From NCBI GenBank assembly GCA_011390135.1, contig JAABSZ010000006.1:1-56705 (forward strand): a DNA stretch of 56,705 nt, read 5' to 3'. The position numbers were made by a program, and so were the translations under genes. Origin of the DNA: Desulfobacteraceae bacterium (GTDB lineage: Bacteria; Desulfobacterota; Desulfobacteria; Desulfobacterales; JAABSP01). The notes under the pieces were generated by a model. The model was not told where the DNA came from, did not search any database, and worked only from the letters and a program-made list of their open reading frames with translations. Positions 49,249 to 56,705 of this stretch are shown here, piece after piece. The number at the start of each line of letters is the position of its first letter. The first letter of the stretch is position 1.

Positions 49249-49856
49249 ACGTCGATACAGGTACGAAAACCCTGCAGGAGCGATTCGATCATCTGGTCAG
49301 TGTGATCTCCGGAGAGCGGTTTTTGAAAAAAGAGGGGCTGGGCAACGAGATCCCCTTTTTCATCTGCCCCTTCAGACCCGAAGAGGCCGTGGAGATGGCG
49401 GGGCTGCAGCGGCAGCTCGTCCATCGTCTGGAACAGGACGGCCTTCTGATTCTGGAGATCGATCTCTATGACCTTTCCGTGGAGATCCTCAAAGAGCGGG
49501 GGATCTGGAAGCAGATCCTGGCCCTGGAACCGACCGTGGAGAAGGATCAGCTCAGGGAACTGCTTCAGGGGGTGCTGGACCCGGAGTCCCATCTGGTGCC
49601 GGCAATCGCCCGGATGCTGGAAGCAAAACCCTTTGATGTCCTCTTTCTGAGCGGCGTCGGGGAGGTCTTCCCCTGTATCCGCTCCCACAACGTGCTGAAC
49701 AACCTGCAGCGGGTCGCCAAAACAAGGCCCACCCTGATGTTCTTTCCCGGGGAATACACCCATTCTCTGGAATCGGGCGCGTCTTTGGACCTCTTCGGCA
49801 GGCTGCATGATGACAAGTATTACCGGGCCTTCAATATTTTTCACTGTGAACCCTGA
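49245..49856 (+). CDS. brxB: BREX protein BrxB (DUF1788)
   Basis: GLGNEIPFFI, GVGEVFP.IRSHNVLNNLQ, FFPGEY, DDKYYRAFN. Confidence 0.93.
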   Translation: MNVDTGTKTLQERFDHLVSVISGERFLKKEGLGNEIPFFICPFRPEEAVEMAGLQRQLVHRLEQDGLLILEIDLYDLSVEILKERGIWKQILALEPTVEKDQLRELLQGVLDPESHLVPAIARMLEAKPFDVLFLSGVGEVFPCIRSHNVLNNLQRVAKTRPTLMFFPGEYTHSLESGASLDLFGRLHDDKYYRAFNIFHCEP

Positions 49857-49872
49857 CCGAAAGAGAGTACAG

Positions 49873-52800
49873 ATGCCGCTGAAATCCATTTTCCAAAAGC
49901 CGGTGGACCGGCCCATCGAAGGGGTCATCAAGGCTGATGACGAGGCGAGCCTTCAGTTGGAGATCGAAGAGTATGTGCTGACCAATGAGGTCCGAAAGCG
50001 CATGGAGGCATTTCTGGATGCCTACAACCATTATACGGGGGCCAACGGGGCCTGGATCTCGGGATTCTTCGGATCGGGAAAGTCCCATCTGCTGAAGATG
50101 CTGGCGCTGCTGCTGGAGAACCGGGAGATCGACGGTGTTCCCGCGCTGGAGATATTTTTGCCCAAATGAGGGGATGACGAGATCTTTCGCGGGGATCTCA
50201 AAAAGGCCGGGGCCGTTCCCGCCAAAAGCATCCTCTTCAACATCGACCAGAAGGCCGACGTGATCAGCAAGACCCAGATCGACGCCCTCCTTGCGGTATT
50301 CGTGAAGGTCTTCGACGAGATGTGCGGCTACTACGGCAAGCAGGGGCACATCGCGCAGTTCGAGCGGGATCTGGACGGCCGGGGGCTGTACGGGAAATTC
50401 CAAAGCGCGTATGAAGGGATTGCGGGCCGCCTCTGGAAAGAGGGGCGGGAGCAAGCTCTGCTGGAATCGAAGAATATCGCGGATGCCTATGCCGAGGTCT
50501 CGGGGGATGATCCGGCTTCGGCCATGGGGATTCTGGACAGGTACCGGGCCGAGTACCATGTCTCGATCGAGGATTTTGCCGAGCGGATCAGAGCCTGGAT
50601 CGACCGGCAGGGGCCCGATTTCCGGCTCAATTTCTTTGTGGACGAGGTGGGGCAGTATATCGCAGACAATGTGAAGCTGATGACCAACCTCCAGACCATT
50701 GCCGAAAGCCTGGCCACCAAGTGCCGGGGCCGGGCCTGGATCGTCGTCACCTCCCAAAACGAGATGAGCCTGATCATAGGGGAGATGAACCGGGGGCAGC
50801 GGAATGATTTTTCAAAGATCACGGACCGGTTTCTCACGAAGATGCTGCTGACCAGCACCAATGTCGCGGAGGTGATTCAAAAGAGACTGCTGCCCAAGAC
50901 CGATGCGGGGGCAGAGGAGCTTCGGAACCTGTATGCCGCGGAGAGCAACAATTTCGGTACACTCTTCGGCTTTGGAGACGGGGCCAGAAGCTACAGGCCA
51001 TATAAGGATGAAGCCGATTTCATCGCCACCTATCCTTTTGTGCCCTACCAGTTCGAACTCTTCCAGTCGGCCATCGAGAATCTCTCCCGCCACAATGCGT
51101 TCGAGGGCCGGCACAGCTCTGTGGGGGAGCGCTCCATGCTGGGGGTCTTTCAGCAGGTGGTGGTGAAGATCAGGGATTACGAGATCGGGCAGCTTGCCAC
51201 CTTCGATCTGATGTTCGAGGGGATTCAGACCGCGCTCAAGGCCCAGACCCAGCGGGCGATCCTCGCGGCTCAGCGCCAGTTGGGGGATGTTTTTGCCCTG
51301 AAGGTACTGAAGGCGCTCTTCATCGTCAAGTATGTAAAGGAGTTCAAGGCCACGGCCCGGAACTTATGTGTGCTGATGCTCGCAGGTTTCCGCCAGGATC
51401 TTGCAGGGCTGCGCAGGGATGTGGAGGAGGCCCTCAATCTGCTGGAGCAGGAGACCTACATCCAGCGGGCCGGGGAGGTCTGTGAGTATCTGACGGACGA
51501 GGAGAAGGATGTCGAGCAGGAGATCAAAGAGACCGATGTGGAACCGGCCGATGTGGCCGAAGAGCTGGAGAAGATCCTCTTCGACCATGTCATCCGAACC
51601 CGGAAGATCCGGCACGCCGAGACAAAGCAGGACTATCCCTTTTCCAGAAAGCTCGATGACCGCCTCTACGGCCGGGAGTATGAGCTGGCGATCCATCTGG
51701 TCACGCCTCTTCATGAAAATGCAGAGGATGAATTCATCCTTCAGTCCAGGTCTCTGGGCCGGGATGAGCTGCTGGTGGTTCTGCCTCCGGATGCACGGCT
51801 GGTGAGCGACGGCTATATGTACAAGCGGACTGAGAAGTACATCGGCCGGAACATCTCCGCGACCCAGCGGGATACGGTAAAACGGATACTGGAGGGGAAA
51901 CGGCTGCGGAACCAGGAGCTGTATGCAGAGCTGCAGCAGCGGGTGAAGGATCTGCTGGCCCAAGCAAAGTTCTATGTCGCGGGCACTCCCGCGGAGGTGC
52001 GGGGGGAGGATGCCCAGGCGCGGATCGTCCGGGCCTTTCATGAGCTGGTCAACCGGACCTATCCGAACCTCCGGATGCTGCGGGGCGTCTTTTACACTGA
52101 AAATGACATCGCCGGCTGTCTCGATCGGTCCAAAGACGGCCTCTTCGGAACCGATGCCGCGGGGCTTGCCGAGTCGGAGCAGGAGGTGCTGGCCTTTATC
52201 CGGGGCAATCAGCGGGGCGGGGTGCGAACCACCTTGAAAAGCCTGGTGGAGCGGTTCGAGCGGAAGCCCTATGGGTGGCCATATGCGGCTCTGCTCTGCA
52301 CCCTGGCCAATCTCTGTGCCCGGGCGCGGGTCGAGGTGAAAAATGACGGGGATCTTCTGGAGGGGGATGGGCTGGAAAAGGCCTTGCGGAATACGCGCGG
52401 CCACGGCAATCTGGTGCTGGAGCCCCAGGTGGAGTTCACCGCGTCCCAGGTGCGGGGCCTGAAGGAGTTCTATGCTGATTTCTTTGACGAGCCCCCGCCT
52501 CCGGGCGAGGCAAAGGTGCTGGGGATGGCTGCGGCCCATGCGCTGCAGAAGAGGGTCGAAAAGCTGAAGGAGCTGGTTCGGCAGGAGGATCGTTATCCCT
52601 TTCTGAATGGGCTGAAGCCGGTTCTGGAGCGGCTCGAAGGGATTGCTGGGAAGCCTTATGCATGGTATCTGACCGAGCTTTCCCGGCAGGAGGATGATCT
52701 GCTCGACATGAAGGAGAACCTGATCGATCCGATCCTCAGGTTTATGGCGGGGCCACAGAAACGGATCTATGATGATGCCCGGGAGTTTGTTCGGGCACAG

Positions 52801-53496
52801 GAGCCGAATTTCGGCTATATCGGGGATGCAGGGCCGGAGGATTCCGGGGTGCGGGAGCCCGGGGCAAAACTTCCCAAGCCCGCGGATCTGGCCGAGGCGC
52901 TGACGGACCCGGAGTGTTTCCGGGGGAATCGGATGCAGGAAATCAAGGGGCTGGTGGATACTCTGGCGGGGGCCGTCAATGCGCGGATCGAGGCGGAGAT
53001 TCAAAAGGCCGGAGATGCGGTCAGCGCATTGAAGGAGCGGCTTTGCGGCATGGCGGAATTCGGCGCGCTGACCCCGGAACAGCAGGCGGAAATTGTCGGA
53101 CCGTTTGACCTTTTTCCCGAAAAGGTTCAGAATCAGGAGCTGATCGCGGTTGTCCGGGATACGCTTCGGCGCTTCGAGGAGACCGATTATCAGCGGCTGG
53201 TTTCGCAGGTGGTGGAATGGGCAGAGGCCGGGCGGGTCGAGCCGGTTCCGGTCTCCATTAAAGGGGAGAAGACCGGGGAGGGTGAGGATTTCGGTTCCGC
53301 GGGAAAAAGAGAAGAGAAGGGAGAAGAGAAGGAAAAAAAGCCTCTGCCCAGGGTTGAAAGTGTTCCCATCCGGGAGGTTCGGGTTTCCTTCGACAAGGCC
53401 TGGATTGCCGATGAAGCGGATGTGGAGAAATATGTTGAGGCCATGCGGGATGCTTTGCTGGCGGAAATCGGGAAAGGTAGACGGATTCATATTTAG
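49873..53496 (+). pseudogene. brxC: BREX ATPase BrxC interrupted by a single in-frame TGA (50167-50169)
   Basis: RPIEGVIKADD, Walker A GFFGSGKS, then FLPK*GDDEIFRGDL continuing in the same frame to Walker B FFVDEVGQY, YPFVPYQF, PYGWP. Confidence 0.88.
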
Positions 53497-53511
53497 GAGT
53501 GAAGTGCGATA

Positions 53512-54897
53512 ATGAAATTGCTGATCAAAAATATCGGGCCCATCGACCGGGCGACGTTTACCCTTGGAGATTTGACCATCATTTGCGGCGGCAACAGTGC
53601 CGGAAAGACGACTGCGGCATATGTGGTGTACGGCTTTTTCTCTTTCTGGAACGATATCTATTCCATCAGAATCGACCCCAAAGATCCGTACCGGCTGATC
53701 GATGAGGGGGCAGTGGAACTGGATCTTCAGGAATTTATCGACAACGCATCCGATATTATTGAAGATGCCTGCGAGGATTTTACGGAAGAACTGCCGGATG
53801 TCTTTGCCGCTTCCGAAAACCATTTCAAAGGCAGCCGGTTCAGAGTGGAACTGGAGCCGGGGGATCTTCCTTCGACACCCATGTTCGACTCGGATATTGG
53901 GGGGATGGGAAATGATCTCGTTACCATCACCGCAATGGCCGATTCTTCAGTGGTGAGATTTACATTGCGGGAGGAAAAGAAGAATGAACAGATTACCGGG
54001 TTAACCATTGAAAGGATCATCAGGCAAGTGGTCAAGGAGATGGTTTTCGGCCTCCTGTTATCCAGGCCGTTCATCACCAGTGGGGAAAGAACCGGGGCGG
54101 CGATCTTCAGGAAAGATGTCAATTCCGCTCGGATCAGGGCTGCGGAGAATCTGGATTTCCAGAAGGGGAATATTTTTGGCTTGCTGGCATCCGTATCCAA
54201 GAACCATTCAATGCCGGTGAATTCGGATCTTAAAATCGCGATGCGATATGAAGAATCCGCTGGAACGGAGAGTTTTATCAAAAGGAAACATCCGGATATT
54301 TTGAAGGATTTCGAAGCGATTTCCGGCGGAAAATATGTGCTGGGGGAAAGGTCGGGAAGGCAGGAATTTTTTTTCATTCCGGAAGGGAAGCAGACCCGGC
54401 TGTTGTTGAATGAGAGTGCCGGCTCGGTCTGTTCACTTTTGAGCCTGGACTATTATCTGCGCCATGCCGCGCTTCCCGGCAATCTGCTGATCATCGACAT
54501 GCCGGAGCTGTATCTGCATCCGGAGAACCATCGGCGGATGGCAAGGCTCTTTGCCCGGCTGGTCAATGCCGGGATAAGGGTCCTCATCACCACCCACAGC
54601 GACTATATCATCAAAGAGACGAATACGCTGATCATGCTCCGCCATGAGAAGCCGCACTTCAAGAGAATCGTTGAACGGGAAGGGTATCGGAAAGATGAGT
54701 TGCTCTCTGCCGATCAGATCCGGGTCTATACTGCTGAGAGAACAATGGTGAGGGACAAGGGGGCCAAGCGGAAAAAGGCCTGCAATACTCTGGTTCCGAA
54801 CGATATCGATCCGGAGCTGGGTATCGAGGTGGGCACATTTGACAAGGTGATCGGTAAAATGAATGAGATTCAGGAAGAGATTGTCTGGGGAGAATGA
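53512..54897 (+). CDS. ABC/AAA-type ATPase (AAA_15/AAA_21-like) inserted in BREX
   Basis: IKNIGPI, Walker A GGNSAGKT, Walker B variant LLIIDMPE.YLHP, H-loop ITTHS. Confidence 0.85.
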   Translation: MKLLIKNIGPIDRATFTLGDLTIICGGNSAGKTTAAYVVYGFFSFWNDIYSIRIDPKDPYRLIDEGAVELDLQEFIDNASDIIEDACEDFTEELPDVFAASENHFKGSRFRVELEPGDLPSTPMFDSDIGGMGNDLVTITAMADSSVVRFTLREEKKNEQITGLTIERIIRQVVKEMVFGLLLSRPFITSGERTGAAIFRKDVNSARIRAAENLDFQKGNIFGLLASVSKNHSMPVNSDLKIAMRYEESAGTESFIKRKHPDILKDFEAISGGKYVLGERSGRQEFFFIPEGKQTRLLLNESAGSVCSLLSLDYYLRHAALPGNLLIIDMPELYLHPENHRRMARLFARLVNAGIRVLITTHSDYIIKETNTLIMLRHEKPHFKRIVEREGYRKDELLSADQIRVYTAERTMVRDKGAKRKKACNTLVPNDIDPELGIEVGTFDKVIGKMNEIQEEIVWGE

Positions 54898-56705
54898 CGG
54901 GCATGGACACAGGAAAACTCAAAAAATTCGCCCAACACGCCCGCCGGGCCCTCATGGAACAGGTCACCGCAAAGCTCGACCGGGTGCTCGAGAAAGAGAG
55001 CGCGGCCCGTCGGGAGAATCCCAAGGCCGTGGATGCCTTGGAAGTCGGCATCCGGGATCAGGGCCGGGAGCGGATCATCGAGCGGGTCGCCTATACCTGG
55101 TTCAACCGGTTCTGTGCCCTGCGCTTCATGGATGTCAACCGGTACAACAGCATCGGGGTGGTGTCGCCCGGGGAGGGGCAGTCTCAGCCGGAGATCCTCG
55201 CGGATGCCAAGATGGGGCATATCGACGAGGAGATGGTTTCGGAAAAGATCCGGGGGCAGATTTTCGACCTGCTGGAGGGGCGGGCTCCGAGTCCTGATCC
55301 TCAGGGGGAAGCCTATCGCCTGCTGCTGGTTGCGGTCTGCAATTACTGGCATCAATTCATGGATTTTCTGTTCGAGCGGATCGACGACTATACCGAGCTT
55401 TTGATGCCCGATGATCTGCTTTCCGAGAGTTCCATTCTGACCCGCACCCGGGAGGCCATGACCGAACAGACCTGCGCGGATGTGGAGGTGATCGGCTGGC
55501 TCTATCAGTTCTACATCTCGGAGAAGAAGGACGCGGTCTTCGAGGGGCTGAAGAAGAACCAAAAGATCACGCCGGAGAACATTCCCGCGGCCACCCAGTT
55601 GTTCACCCCGCACTGGATTGTGCGGTATCTGGTGGAGAATTCCCTGGGGCGCTTGTGGATGCTCAACCGGCCCGAATCGGGGTTGGCGGCGCGGATGGAT
55701 TACTACATCCGGCCCGAGACCCCGGAGACCGACTTTCTGCGCATCGAAAATCCGGAGGAGATCCGAATCTGCGATCCGGCCTGCGGCTCGGGGCATATGC
55801 TGGTGTATGCCTTCGAGATCCTCTATGCCATCTATGAGGAGGAGGGGGTTGAAGCGGCCGGGATTCCCAGGAAGATTCTGGAGAAAAATCTCTTCGGGGT
55901 CGAGATCGACGAACGGGCGGGGGGGCTTGCCGCTTTTGCGCTGATGCACCACTACCCATATTTGTTGATTCTCTCTATCAAATGAAAGTTATTTTAGGTT
56001 CAATGAATTCAAAAGTTATGTCTGGAGCGATTAATTCCTTATCTCCAACTTTAAATTTTGAAGTTAGTCATGTTGCAAACTTTCCTATACCTGAAAAACT
56101 TTTAAATAAAAATGTTAGCGATTTAAATGCCATAGATAAATTGATTGAAATTTCTGAAGTAGACTGGAACTCCTACGAAACCTCTTGGAACTTCACGGAT
56201 CTCCCATTACTATATTCAGACTACCGTAAACCTAAGCTTAGAGATAGCTATCAAATACTCCGCGTCTACTGGAAAGAAATGACGATGGAGACTCAACGCC
56301 TCGAAGAAGAAAACAACCGCATCTTCATCGAAGCCTACAACCTCCAAGACGAACTCACCCCCCAAGTCCCCCTGAACGAAATCACCCTCACCTGCAACCC
56401 CCACTACCGCTACAGCGGCAGCAAAACCGAAGAAGAGCTGGAAACCCTCCTCCTTGCCGACACCATGAAGGAGTTCATCTCTTACGCGGTCGGCTGCATG
56501 TTCGGCCGCTACGCGCTGGAAAAGCCCGGCCTGATCCTCGCCAACCAGGGCGAAACCTTCGAAGACTATCTCAAACAGATCCCGAACCCCGGCTTTCCCG
56601 CAGACGAAGACAACGTCATCCCCATGCTGGACGGCGACTGGTTCGCAGACGACATCTCCGAACGGTTCCGCCAGTTCCTCCGCATCACCTTCGGCAAAGA
56701 AGATT
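54894..56705 (+). pseudogene. pglX: BREX adenine methyltransferase PglX, internally deleted and split over two frames; runs off the window
   Basis: 54894-55946 encodes the N-part (AYTWFNRF, TQLFTPHWIV, DPACGSGH). From 55943 another frame reads ...SPTLNFEV...DWNSYETSWNF...LEEENNRIFI...ITLTCNP...SYAVGCMFGRY. No NPPY motif lies between them. Confidence 0.88.

Noticed and set aside
387-55952. Long antisense or overlapping ORFs (e.g. 387-1655, 12514-14343, 27725-29845, 34022-35755, 37900-39642, 51364-53823, 54870-55952)
   Set aside because: Shadow frames of well-supported genes in high-GC DNA, with no motifs of their own.

Overview
High-GC chromosomal segment whose gene content (Hdr/Mvh cluster, sigma-54 regulation, many hybrid kinases) suggests a Desulfobacterales-like deltaproteobacterium; this assignment is an inference. 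Left end (1-4.9 kb): the tail of a defence/accessory island. It holds a Fic-like gene end with tandem repeats, a type I R-M hsdM, three antitoxin-like genes whose toxin partners are deleted or truncated, and a secreted five-repeat Cys-rich protein whose 3' end is duplicated upstream. Middle (5-25 kb): an OmcB-like DUF11 protein, HD protein, frameshifted prfB, lnt, LOG, ptsH-ptsI-smpB-Ste24 peptidase, SDR, CDF, LysM, and a two-component/vWA/PspA module with tandem repeats in its spacers. 25-45 kb (minus strand): a sigma-54-driven heterodisulfide reductase-like operon (REC protein, HdrA-GltD fusion, MvhD, FdhB-like subunit, a double HdrA carrying an intact internal response-regulator receiver domain, HdrC, HdrB, ferredoxin-cyclase). 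It lies next to three sensor kinases and a PAS-type sigma-54 activator, and the two sigma-54 promoters share an upstream motif. This is the best candidate here for an undescribed system: phosphorylation control of an electron-bifurcating enzyme. Right end (48.6-56.7 kb): a type 1 BREX locus. brxC has an in-frame TGA followed by a hairpin, an AAA/ABC ATPase with a degenerate Walker B is inserted after it, and pglX is internally deleted and frame-split. All calls come from motif recognition by eye; no database search was run.
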